A stretch of DNA of 64,000 nt. It comes from Negaprion brevirostris (taxonomy: Eukaryota). The stretch covers positions 30,770,704-30,834,703 of the forward strand of contig JARDVH010000121.1 of NCBI GenBank assembly GCA_030324005.1, in the 5' to 3' direction. Both the position numbers and the translations under genes were made by a program. The stretch's first letter is position 1; each line of letters opens with the position of its first letter. This document shows positions 38,106 through 49,780 of this stretch, one piece after another. The notes below the pieces were generated by a model. That model was not told the origin of the DNA, searched no databases, and saw nothing but the letters and a program-made list of their open reading frames with translations.

Positions 38106-38521
38106 TAATGTGAGGGCCAAGATAGAATGAGGGGTTTCATAATTACACATTATCACCACCATAGAGCAGGTAGCTGTGGACATCATCAGGATTTGCGACG
38201 AAGAGCATTTTCGGCAATGCAAAATGGGAATCCATGGTGGAGATGGTGATTAGGGAGTGCAGAGCATTTGTTAAAGGGCTGCACTGCACTCCCTTCCATC
38301 CAAAAGCATACTGAACAGTCAGATACATTGGGAAGCCTGAACACTGCAGAAGCTTCTGGTTTCCAAGGTTAGTTCTCATGCTGCCTTTTTGTGTCTCCCA
38401 AAATTGTGAGATTTGAGGATTTTTGGGGTTATTAGACCCTCCTCCTCATCACCGGGCCAAACACAGCAATAAAAGAGCTCAGATCAAGTATTGTCACATC
38501 TTGTTACAATGTGTCCTCAAC

Positions 38522-38812
38522 AATCATAGTGCAGAAGGAGGCCATTTGGCTGTCACATCTGCACCAACTCTGTGACAGAGTATCTTACCCAGGCCCACTG
38601 CCCAGTCTATCCCCACGCATCTTCCCCACTAATCCACTTAAGCTACACACCTTTAGATGCTAAAGGAGAAGTTAGCATGACCAGTCTATCTAACCTGCAC
38701 ATCTTTGGACTGTGGGAGGAAACCGGAGCACCGGAGGAAACCTACACAGTCACCCAAAGCTGGAATTGAATCCAGGTCCCTGACGCAATGAGGCAGCAGT
38801 GTGCCACTGTGC
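38522..38812 (-). mobile_element. HE1/V-SINE
   Basis: Tail gtgcagaaggaggccatttggc through head gaggcagcagtg. Confidence 0.85.
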
Positions 38813-39371
38813 AGATACAGTTACCTTTGTGGGTCCTTTTGCGAAATGGTGTCTCTGGGCAATGAGCATGGCACTAGTGTGCAGAAAGAGATGCCGGAGG
38901 CAGCTCTGGGCAATGCCCCTCAGATAATGTTGGACCAATATAGCCCTGTTCAGTTAGCAATAGATGTAGGGCCTAAGCAGTCACCTAAAAGAAGTGTCTA
39001 CCTACAGCAGCAGCCGCAGATGTGTATTCACGTGTCAGAGCTTTTCAGGGCAGTGCAAGGTCATGGACTGAAAATGGAGGTGTCATCTAGCTCCTGGACA
39101 TCACAGTCACTCAGGTTTGTGAGTGCAATGCATCTCCATTGAGAGAGTGGCCCAACTCACGTCGATGTAGCAGCACTAAAATAAATAAATAAAATTTATT
39201 TGTTNNNNNNNNNNNNNNNNNNNNNNNNNNNNNNNNNNNNNNNNNNNNNNNNNNNNNNNNNNNNNNNNNNNNNNNNNNNNNNNNNNNNNNNNNNNNNNNN
39301 NNNNNNNNNNNNNNNNNNNNNNNNNNNNNNNNNNNNNNNNNNNNNNNNNNNNNNNNNNNNNNNNNNNNNNN

Positions 39372-39489
39372 AATCCACAAAACACGGGAGAACATGCAGA
39401 CTCCACACAGACAGTGACCCAAGCCAGGAATCAAACCTGGGTCCCCGGCGCTGTGAGGCAGCAGTGCTGACCACTGCGCCACCACGCCA
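39372..39489 (-). mobile_element. HE1/V-SINE 5' part (remainder in gap)
   Basis: gacagtgacccaagccaggaatcaaacctgggtcc...gctgtgaggcagcagtgctgaccactgcgcc. Confidence 0.85.
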
Positions 39490-40229
39490 TCATTTGGAGC
39501 GTATGCAGGAACTGCACACTGATGTTCAGAGGATAGATACCACACTATGAAGCCTCAACCAGTCAGTAGAACAGATGGCACAGGGATATTTGGAGGGGAT
39601 CTCAGTTGGACTCCAGTTGGGGGCTATGTCTAGCTATCTGAAGCATGAACCAAGAGCTGATGTTGTTGCCGAGGAGGATGCCACAGAGGCCTACATGACC
39701 CCTCTGACTGAGGGAATATCTGAGGAGCAGAGCCCAGTGAAGAAGGCCACCCCTGCAGTAATACCTAAGACTAGCTTCCGAAGGTGCGCCCAATGCACTA
39801 GCCTCCCAAATCTCTTAGTGACGTGTGAGTGGGCGTCCTCCACCACCTCCAGTAGTACAAAGGGAGCAACAGGACGAAGTGGCCAAAAACAGACCACTTT
39901 ATTGAGCAGAGAGAACTGAGCGAGTCACTTGCACTTGTAAATGTGCACTTTTTGCCTTTTGGAGCACAATATAAATCTTGACAAGTAAATCTGGGCACAT
40001 GTTGTCTTTCAATAAAGAGGAGGAGGAAATGGTAAAAGTGAGCAACAATCTGTGAATGCTGACAGCAAAATCTTTGAGCAGGTGTGCATCTTTCATTGAT
40101 GGTAAGAATTGAGCTGCTCCTAGCTGTGCCTTCAGTGGCAGAGCGAATTCCAGACCACCTCATTCCATCATTCCTCCTACATTACTGAGGCTGAGCAGAA
40201 GTGAGCCTAAATCAGATGATCCCTGACAT

Positions 40230-41030
40230 TCATGGCATCCTAATGAGTTCTTTGTTCATTGCATTGAACCCACACAGCCCCCTTTACTACCAGGGCACCT
40301 TCCTGTTCTGCATCTTCTTCCTGTTCTTTCTTCACTCTTTCACCTTCTGCTGCCCCATTGAGTTGCTTTTTTCCAAGACTTCATCATTCTCAAGGTCCAC
40401 ACTTCACTATAGGGTTATGTTGCAGAGAAGGCCACACAACGAGTGAGACCCTTGAGGTGTACTGCACAGCTCTCGCTGACCGATCCAGACATCAGAGTCG
40501 CATCTGCAGCAGCCAGAGCCCTGCTCGACAGTTGCCTGAGTGAGTAAATGCTTTCAGCTGAATAGTCTCTATTTTGGAACCTTCCGGAAAAGGGTGGGTA
40601 TCCATTTATTCATGGGATCTCCCTTTGAGAATGGAGTGAAGGGCTGTGACAGCCTGGACTGGAAGAGAATGAAGGAGTCATGGTAGCTGAGCTAAAGTGA
40701 GGGCACACCTCGGATGAAGGTCTTGAAAAGCAAGGGAGTGGAAGCCCTTCTTGGCGAATTGAGTCTCCAGTGGCTGGATGCCTTGCGAGCCACAGGGGCG
40801 AAATGGATGATGTTCTACCCCTGGGGGAATTTGGCATTGGAGGCGAATCCCACTGTCCTGTGGGACTGTGAGACCCCATCTGTCTGGAATTGGATGTCCT
40901 GCTCAGCTCTCAGAGAGGACACCAGTGGCTAACATGAAGCAGCCGTGTACAGGATGCTACCTAGGTTCGCAGCTGCTCCTTGGAAGAGCCGATAGCGAAG
41001 TTCAGGTTTCTGAACAATGAGGTTTCTGAG
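40230..41030 (-). pseudogene. PIF/Harbinger DDE transposase relic (HARBI1-like)
   Basis: Ordered motifs on the minus strand: NLNFAIGS/QGAA, KKGFHSL (cf. NRKGFHSLN), SYHDSFIL (cf. PGSxHD), TVEQ...LLQMRL*CLDRS..AVQY (cf. LKxRFRCLDxSGGxLQY). Confidence 0.85.
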
Positions 41031-41094
41031 CAGCCAGCAAAAGGGTTAATGCTCACCTGCAATCTTGAATACATGGATACAATGTTCAGACCTG

Positions 41095-41153
41095 CTTTGA
41101 CACCAGGAGTTAAATTGGTTTCAGAACTACTTTGACACCAGGAGTTAAATTGG
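41095..41153. repeat. 24-bp exact direct repeat with 11-bp spacer
   Basis: ctttgacaccaggagttaaattgg at 41095-41118 and 41130-41153. Confidence 0.9.
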
Positions 41154-41683
41154 ATTAATGACCTTTACAGATAAGCTGCTTTATATAGGAAAGAATTTAT
41201 CTAATTCGCATTTTGCAATCGTACATCACCCACTGTGACATCTGTGATTCGTGAATTGAGTAAGTCCTTCAATTAACATGGAAAGAAAAATTGTTACCAG
41301 CCAAAGGTTAGAAGTGCAGCTGGCTATTTTGTTAATGCAACCATAAACACTGGGATAATGATCTCTTAAGTAATTGTGCTCTGTGCATTACAGTGCAGGA
41401 CTTTGTTTTGTTTTATTTAATTTGTTATGTGTGTTTATCAAAGTAATGGGTGCGAGTGCTGGGAAATGAGACCTGGTTTTGATTTGCAAATAGCAATTAA
41501 AGTTGAACCACTAGTGAACCCCAGAGTGACCTAACTTAAAACAATATATTTTCTTTGCAAGTACCTAACATTTGTATCATTTTGCATTGCTTTTCAGTTG
41601 GGGTATTTCCAGTTTCTCCAAAAAAAGAGCTAAAACGCACAGGGGTTAGCAACAGAATGTTAATTTATCCATTACAGTCCTTA

Positions 41684-43536
41684 GGCTCGGATTTTCCAGT
41701 TCCAACAGCAGTGAGTTTAATGGCCACAGTGGGTGGAATAGTGGGCTGAATTTTGCAACCTCTTTGCGCCTGTTTTGCAGCAGGCAAATGTTGTAATGTC
41801 GGGTATAATGTGGCTGGCGCAAATGGCACCGATTTCCACACCTGTTGCGATTTTGCGACACCCAGATTTCCAGCGCAGTCAGCGTCTCCCCAGAAAGGGA
41901 TGCGGGGCTGATTAGTTTATTTAAATTTAATTTAATGTTCATTTCAATGTGCTTAGTGAGCCTGGTGCCCAATTGTCCTGGCTCACTTGCCGTTATGGCC
42001 CTGCTGGGAGATGTTTTCTCGGGCGTGAAAAACTCCTGCTCTCCATGAATGGGGAACAGTTGTGTTGGCCTCACTGGTAAAACTGGAGGCCATTGAAGCC
42101 CCCCTCCCCAGGGAGGCCGAGTTACAAGGTAGAGGTGCCCCTTGGGCTGTGTCAGCCTGGCACTNNNNNNNNNNNNNNNNNNNNNNNNNNNNNNNNNNNN
42201 NNNNNNNNNNNNNNNNNNNNNNNNNNNNNNNNNNNNNNNNNNNNNNNNNNNNNNNNNNNNNNNNNNNNNNNNNNNNNNNNNNNNNNNNNNNNNNNNNNNN
42301 NNNNNNNNNNNNNNNNNNNNNNNNNNNNNNNNNNNNNNNNNNNNNNNNNNNNNNNNNNNNNNNNNNNNNNNNNNNNNNNNNNNNNNNNNNNNNNNNNNNN
42401 NNNNNNNNNNNNNNNNNNNNNNNNNNNNNNNNNNNNNNNNNNNNNNNNNNNNNNNNNNNNNNNNNNNNNNNNNNNNNNNNNNNNNNNNNNNNNNNNNNNN
42501 NNNNNNNNNNNNNNNNNNNNNNNNNNNNNNNNNNNNNNNNNNNNNNNNNNNNNNNNNNNNNNNNNNNNNNNNNNNNNNNNNNNNNNNNNNNNNNNNNNNN
42601 NNNNNNNNNNNNNNNNNNNNNNNNNNNNNNNNNNNNNNNNNNNNNNNNNNNNNNNNNNNNNNNNNNNNNNAAATCAGTTTCATGAAATAATGGCAGGAAT
42701 GTGCACCCCGCCCATCATTGCAGGTCACCATCCCCAGCAGAGGCCAGCGTGAAGCAGCTTTGCATCTCCGAATGGGATGTGGATGAAGCCCCAACAGAGA
42801 TCGCAGGATGTGGATTTTCATACTGAAGCAGATTCCAGGATGTGGACCTTCACTCTATAGGAGCTTCCAGATGCGTGTGCATGTGGAAGGGTCAGGGAGC
42901 TGCAGTAGCCTCCATCTTGCAGACTAGATGGATTGCTGTGGGCTATGAAGCTTCACCTTAACACACTGAATTGCTGTTTATGTACGGGCCGCACAGATGG
43001 TGCTCATGTCTCCTCTCCTATTTGGTGACGTGAATGTTGAGACTTCCCTTATCTTGGCGATGTGGATGAGATCACTCATCCATTTCTTGCACTGCAGGGG
43101 GGGTCCTCCAGTAGAGTCCGTGAGCATTGACCACCCTCCATGCTGGGTTGGTATCGCAGCTCGATCTCCTCCTTCCATCCTCAGTATATAGGACACACTT
43201 GCTGGCCCCCATTGCACTGAGCAGTACATTGAGGGAAGCATTGTTGAATCTGGCTGTTAGAGATCCCTGGAATCATTGTGCCATCTTCTCTTTCTGCAGT
43301 AGGTTTGCAACAAAGAAAGTTGATGTTAAATATGGCTCCCATATGCAACAGTGAAATACGCGCCAGCCAGCCAGCCCACCCTGCTATGTAATACATTGGG
43401 CAACCTCTGACTGCATAATTAATAAACGCAGCATCAAGCCATTCAGCGTAAATTCCCACTGAGCTCCATGTTGGGAAACACTTCCAGTTCCTGCTTCCTA
43501 CCAAGGGACTTCAGCCTGGATTGGAAAATCCTGGCC
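41684..43536 (-). mobile_element. Second Harbinger relic with a nested MITE (from ~41743)
   Basis: Outer TIR-like ends ggctcggattttcc ... ggaaaatcctggcc; weak transposase N-terminal similarity at ~42700-43050 (HASGSSY; NDGRGAH); inner TIR gggctgaattttgc. Confidence 0.5.
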
Positions 43537-43549
43537 TTTATGTTTGTAA

Positions 43550-43831
43550 AATCGTATCACTTTGTGTGTTTGTATAGTGTGCCTTATATATGCATGTACA
43601 GTCAGTATCCCTTCATGTGTGATCAATGTGTCTTTTATGTACATGTACAATCAATATCTCTTTGTGTGGGTGTGTGTGTGTGTGTGCAGAGTGCCGTATA
43701 TGATATACAGTCAGTATCCCTTTGTGTGTTTTTACAGAGTGCCTTATGTATGTGTGCACAGTCAGCATCCTTTGTGTGTCTTTTCTGTATGTGTATCCTT
43801 TTTTGATGAGCAGTATGTGTAAAATCAGTGT
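43550..43831. repeat. Degenerate TG-rich minisatellite
   Basis: Alternating tacagtcagtatccctttgtgtg and cagagtgccttatatatg units. Confidence 0.75.
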
Positions 43832-44330
43832 TACATCAAAAATCCATGGTGCTTGGTATTAAAGACTGGAACCACAGCTTTAATGGGATTTTCTTCTTGT
43901 AATGAGAACCCTTTTATGTAGGTTTTTCTATGTTGCAATGTGGTGGAGCCCATTGAGCCTTTGGGGTCAAGCAGGCAATAAGTAGTTTTTGATGGTCTGT
44001 TGGGTGATGTTGGATTTGTGGCAATTAATAGATTTCTTTTTTTTACTGCCCTTGGCTTAGAGCACTCAACCCCCATTCTGCTGGGTCAGGTAAAGCCAGC
44101 TTCTTGGAGAGGTGATGTGCTGCTTCGTGTTATCAGGATTCACCATTCACAAGTATTTTCATTTCATGGCTGTTAGCCCCTACTCTAATGTAATGCTGAG
44201 GATTCCAAGGCCAGAAGTTATGCTGAAGGTGGGAGCGTGTTCTGTATTTGCCAGATGACAGCTAATGAAGAGCAATATCATATTTGTTGGAACTCCATTC
44301 AGTGTCAGCTGCTAGAAGTAAGTTAACAGA

Positions 44331-44673
44331 GGGTGGCACGGTAGCACAGTGGTTAGCACTGCTGCTTCACAGCTCCAGAGACCTGGGTTTGATTCCCGGC
44401 TTGGGCTACTGTCTGTGTGAAGTTTGCATATTCTCCCTGTATCTTCGTGGGTTTCCTCCGGGTGCTCCGGTTTCTTCCCACAGTCCAAAGATGTGTGGAT
44501 TAGGTTGATTGGCCATGCTAAATTGCCCTTTAGTGTCATGAGATGCATAGGTTAGAGGGATTAGTGGGTAAATGTGTAGGAGTATGGGGGTAGGGCCTGG
44601 GTGAGATTGAGACTGGTGCAGACTTGATGGGCCAAATGGCCTCTTTCTGCAATGTAGGGATTCTATGATTCTA
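44331..44673 (+). mobile_element. HE1/V-SINE, full length
   Basis: A-box TAGCACAGTGG (44342), B-box GGTTTGATTCC (44386), central domain, and tail ending gattctatgattcta. Confidence 0.92.
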
Positions 44674-44704
44674 AATAATTAGTACCTCCCATCCACACTG
44701 ATTT

Positions 44705-46600
44705 TTTTAAAGAATATTTTTATTCAAACTTTTCCATTTTACATTTGGCACAAAACACAACAAACTCTCAAAATCAACTCAGAGTGACTCCACTTTTCCA
44801 CATAAATATACAGAAAAGACCAGTGAATATTCATACAAGTTATTCCAATTATCAATTATTGCAATCGCTGTAGTCAGCCTCTCCCTTCATACAGATAAAG
44901 AAATGTTGCAAAGAAGGGTGTGGATTTCAGGATGACAGGATACCAATCGTGAGCACCTGGCCCCATGGTGCACACCCTCCTCCACAAGGTGACAGAGCTA
45001 CACAATATACAGGATCCCTTGTGGGGAAATATACAACCAACCAAGGCCTAACTCAACATCCCAGGACCTCCAAGCAATGCAACGAGAACCCAAAAAAAAG
45101 GGAAGCTCGGGATATTGCCATCAGTGCAGGATGTGGAGTGTCAGCGTACACATGTACAGGAACTAGTAAAGCAAAGATTTGTACACCTCACCTAGGCTTG
45201 CAACGGTACATACCTCCCTCCTCTCTAGCCATATTTGAGGCATGGATCAGGCTCCCCATCACCGGAAAATTTAAACCATTTTTCATCAAGGAAACACCAC
45301 TCACAAGGAAAAGAAGAATTGTCAAGACACTCATCAGCAGGATATTCTGGGGAGAGATACGACCCTCCTTCTCCCCAACAAGCTAAGAGAAACCCTCCTG
45401 AATTAACTATAACAAATCAGAATCTTTATCAACATCCCACCTACCCGGATGAAGAAAGGAAGCCCAGCGAGAGGAGCATCAGGGTCATCCAGTGGACGCC
45501 AGGCATAGTTTCTCTGCATAGACTTCCTCAGAAAGGATACCGGGAACAGAACAGCACAACTTCATAAGGGACAGGACACTACCCTCTGCCTCATCCCCCT
45601 CCCTCAACACCCTCCCACCTCCCCTCAAGGGAGCCCAAACCCAGAAGACAGACAGACTGGAAACCTTCATATAAGACCACATGGAAGAATGACTTACTCC
45701 TCCAACCAGCCAAAACTCCAACCAAAGGAAGACTCCGACAACACTGAACCAAACATCCAGACTTGCAGTCAGGCCCAGCAGTCAGTAGGATCCCCATGGG
45801 AACCAAGTGTCAGGAACAGGAGCAGTTCAGAAGCCCTCAAAAGGGGACATGCTAAGGGAGTTCACCTACTCCCCCTTCCGACATACCCTCCACATGACCC
45901 AGATAAATGCAGGCACTACTTCCCTGCTCAACAACACCCCAAAATCGGGCCAACTGAATACTCATATCACTTGCATACATTGAACAAAGAAAACTGTCCC
46001 TTTCTATAGGTACTCCAAAACTGTCACCTAGGCCCCATTATTAATGTGATTCAACCCATTTCCCATCAGGGAAACCTCAATAACCAGATAATATCCATTC
46101 CATGAGCCAAGTAATCAAATAACCAATGCACAGCCAAACCAAAATAAAAGATCAACATACAAGGCTGGACATCCAAGGATAAGTCAGCTGTACCCAGGTG
46201 TGCGCCAGAACATAACTTCCCTCCTCCAATCATACCAGAGACACCAATGAAAGGGCCCTGTCCTTTCCAGATACATGATCTGTCTGCACTTTCTCAGGAT
46301 ACAAGCAAAGATTCTCTCATCCCAAAATAACAAAAATACAAAAGAAAAGTGCCACCCCAATAGTTCTAACGGGGAATTTTCCTCACCCACAATATGGACA
46401 TGTGAGGCTATACCAACTATCAAACCATCTACTGGCCACTCTGATGTGATATCTATAAGGAGAAGGGTACTAAATGTTGTACTCCTCAGTGTAAATGCAA
46501 GGATTTCAGCGCATAAAAGAAAAAAAAAAACAGGTAAATACCACCAACCAACTCCATATACTCCCCAGTGGAAAGAAGGAGACCCATAAACAATTAAACT
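44705..46600 (-). mobile_element. L1/Tx1-like LINE relic (ORF2 plus 3' end)
   Basis: Minus strand order TAGPDC (KAPGPDG-like, ~45775), SL/AEK (SLDAEKAFD-like, ~45520), YPADE (YADD-like, ~45335); ends aataaaaatattc plus A-rich tail. Confidence 0.5.
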
Positions 46601-48428
46601 ATGGCCTCCCTCGCTCCACCTTCAGAGCATGCAGGTGGACAAATACCATTAAAAAACACAGTAGATAATCCTGACTTTCACAATGTAACAGAGTAACAGG
46701 CAACAAACACCTCCAGAGTTTTCATCTATCATGCATCCATGTCAGGATGAAAGACAGAATGACAAAATCAAGATTAAAATTTCAAGGGAACAAAGTTATT
46801 GAGTCATTGAGCTGTACAGTGCAGAAAAGGTCATAGTGTCATACAGCATTGAAAAAGCCCTTTGGCCCATTGATTAATGATGAACTGCGTTATAATATAA
46901 CCATACATGGAGTTTGAAAAGGCCAAAACCGTGACAGGATCATCATCAAGCAACATCACGGAAGCCACTGCACTTCCACCATGTTGTCATCCAGAAGACC
47001 CAGCAAAGGAAAGCATCTGCGGGTGGCAAGGATTCAACAAGTCCAGCCACCTCCAACCCTTCTTGACAGATACTGAGCACAACACAACATAAGACCAGTG
47101 GTCGGAGTGTTTGGCTGACCCCAAGCCTCGACGACCAGATGCAGTGTAGACCAGAAGTCACAAGACTTCTGCAGCAGGGATTTAAATCCTTCTGTTTGTC
47201 CTGGGATAGCGATCACCTGTGGAGTGCCGTGGAAATCTGTGCCTATGTTTGGAGAAAGAGGGAAGAGAAGAAGGAAGAGTTCATGTTTAGACCATGCTAA
47301 ATCGGAGTTCATTGAACGGGAGTTAGAAATGCTGTAAAGGGAACAGTGGGGTATTTTTTAAATTGCCTTTGTTCTTAGAATGATGCTGAGCTCAGTTGAG
47401 GTATGACGAGAAGAGCCACAAACATAATTCTGGTCATATCCTTGCAAACAAAACCGCGTTTAATGATTCATGTTCAGTTTCATCTCCCTAGAGTATTAAT
47501 CAGTCTGAGTACATGGAAGCACAAGTAAAATTCCAGTATCCATGCAATAGAGGGAGGACTATTTCATTGTTATGGTCCTTGGATCATACAGTCATAGGAC
47601 CAGACACTGGATAGTAAAAATAAACTTCAGATCAGAAGGGATCCATCTGTTTTTGAGAGAAACCAGTCATGCTGAATCCAAGCGAATATTGTATCGTGGC
47701 TCTGACATAAGAGGTTTCAGTTGTGACATGGCTGAATTTTCCTGTCTGTTCTTGGTGTTCTTTATGAGACCTGTCCAAAGCTGAAGGCACGGTATTGTAA
47801 GAAAAAGCAAGGAAATAACATTAGGTTTTTCCAATTTAGAGTTAGCATTGGTACAAGAACAATGGACCAAACAGTCTCTTCATGCCTTGAAAGTTTGATG
47901 AAACGGCAAAGCAATCCTTTATTTTTCTTTTTCAAATAACCCTGTATGTCTCCCAGTTTCTTATGTCTCTTTAGAACCATAGCCCCTGAGGAGAAATCTT
48001 TAAGAAATATTTATAGCTAGTGTCTCTGTATCTTTAGTCAGCAGCAGTAGAAGTGTTACATCATGATCTGCTGACAAAAGGCTTCTGATCAATAGGTAGA
48101 CAATACTCACTATGAGACTTGATTTTACCTTGCAGATAAAAGATTAAAAGTGAATTAATGTCAAAAGTAGATATCAGGTTGTGCATGTTAAACATAATTT
48201 TTCTGGCCCCGATGACTCTTTTAAGGGAGAAAAAAACAAACAACAAAAGGTGATAACCTGACAAAAACGCATTATGAGCCTTGAGTGACATTCCTATATA
48301 CTATGCTCCATTATATAAAAGTTCTCATCTAAAGAATCCCACTCCCAAGTGTTACATGTCTTGTTGAATTAAGTTAGCTTCTATTAGGATTAGAAGAGAA
48401 AGAAAATCTAAAATAAACTAACATCAGT

Positions 48429-48558
48429 CAGTGAGTGGGATTTTACGGCCTCGCTTGGGCAAGTTTGGAAATTCCTGCCTTGGGTCAACGGAGATTTCCA
48501 TTGTCGTACCCTCGCCTGCACCGATTCTGTGGTGGGCAAAGTGGTCGCGTTCCGGCCA
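48429..48558. mobile_element. Short MITE
   Basis: gagtgggattttac ... cgcgttccggcc ends with CpG-rich body resembling 57538-57756. Confidence 0.45.
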
Positions 48559-49375
48559 TCTGTGTCTAAGTCCAAACGTGAGCATGCCATGATGCTTGCA
48601 AATTCTTCTTGGGTCTTAGCTTTACCCTTTATGTAACTCAGAATCGTTAATAGATTGACTTATAAGCCAGTCAAGACTGTCTGTAAAACCTCATTACAGA
48701 CTATCGGGATATAATCCATAATGAGCCACATATTCTATCACATTTGATCTGGTTGGATTTTTGATTGTAAGAAAATTTCTCATCTATTTTTGTCATGATG
48801 AATTTGACACAAATCTTGGTGTTGTACCCCCCTTATTGATTTTGTTATTGGAGGCCAGTAACTTGCTAAGCACACCACAAAGACTAACTATTAATTAGAT
48901 TAGAATTTTGTCTGTGTATCAACAATAGTGACTGAGACCTGAGGGACACCTTCTTTTAGCATTTGGCAGAGTGAACACTTTTATTTATATATTGTCTAGG
49001 TCAGCTGAATATGCCTATTTAACAACAACAACAACTTATATATACATGGCATCTTTTAATGTAATGAAATGCCTTAAGGTGCTCATTTACAAATAAGGTA
49101 GGTAGAACCATTTATTAAAGTAACTAAGCCTGCTGCTGATCAAGCATGCTGATCTCACAGATGTCCTCAGGACTCTTGTAGCCATTTAGACAATGTGTTG
49201 TTCACTGTTACCACCGGAAATAACGGGCATTTTGCTTGAATTTCTGTTGAGGGGTTCATTGCTTCGCTCAAGCTGAGACAGCAATCGAGGGAAGATTTCT
49301 CTGTAAATTTTCTGTTGGCTGCACTCAACTGACAGAGACACACTTGCTGTTGGCCAAGGTGCAGTTTCTGTCGGT

Positions 49376-49780
49376 AAAAGCAAAATACTGCAGATGTTGG
49401 AATTTGAAACAGAAACTGAAAATGCTGGAGAAACTCAACAGGTCTGACAGCATCTGTGGAGAGAGAATAAAGCCAACGTTTCAAGGTCTGGTCACCCAGA
49501 CTTGAAACATTAGCTCTGTTCTCTCTCCACAGATAGAACATAGAACATTACAGCGCAGAACAGGCCCTTCGGCCCACGATGTTGCNNNNNNNNNNNNNNN
49601 NNNNNNNNNNNNNNNNNNNNNNNNNNNNNNNNNNNNNNNNNNNNNNNNNNNNNNNNNNNNNNNNNNNNNNNNNNNNNNNNNNNNNTCCACAGCTACATTT
49701 ATGTCTCCCTGCGTGAATACCGAAGAGAAATAAACCACTTTCAGACCTGCTGAGTTTCTCCAGCATTTTCTGTTTCAGTG
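49376..49780. mobile_element. Inverted pair of Penelope-associated repeats with a CR1 3'-end insert (~49533-49740)
   Basis: atctgtggagagagaataaagccaacgtttcaag...cttgaaacattagctctgttctctctccacagat forms a hairpin; the insert begins agaacatagaacattacagcgcagaacaggcccttcggccc. Confidence 0.75.

Larger units (their letters stand above)
37620..39920 (+). pseudogene. Harbinger Myb/SANT accessory gene relic, interrupted by three HE1 SINEs
   Basis: RPPSRTKKA*MEIADTVS (~37723-37775; cf. KKAWxEIAxxVS) and LHIITTIEQVAVDIIR (~38143-38190); the downstream extent is inferred. Confidence 0.55.

Noticed and set aside
40230-41030. Host HARBI1 gene
   Set aside because: Multiple stops and frameshifts and an adjacent Myb relic indicate a dead transposon
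41095-41153. 24-bp repeat-spacer-repeat as a CRISPR-like array
   Set aside because: Only two units, an 11-bp spacer, vertebrate context and no cas genes; a simple local duplication
44331-44400. tRNA gene-like A/B boxes (many copies)
   Set aside because: These are SINE heads continuing into HE1 bodies, not tRNA genes
47768-47780. agacctgtccaaag shared with ~50630-50643
   Set aside because: Isolated 14-mer with no extended homology; can occur by chance in 64 kb
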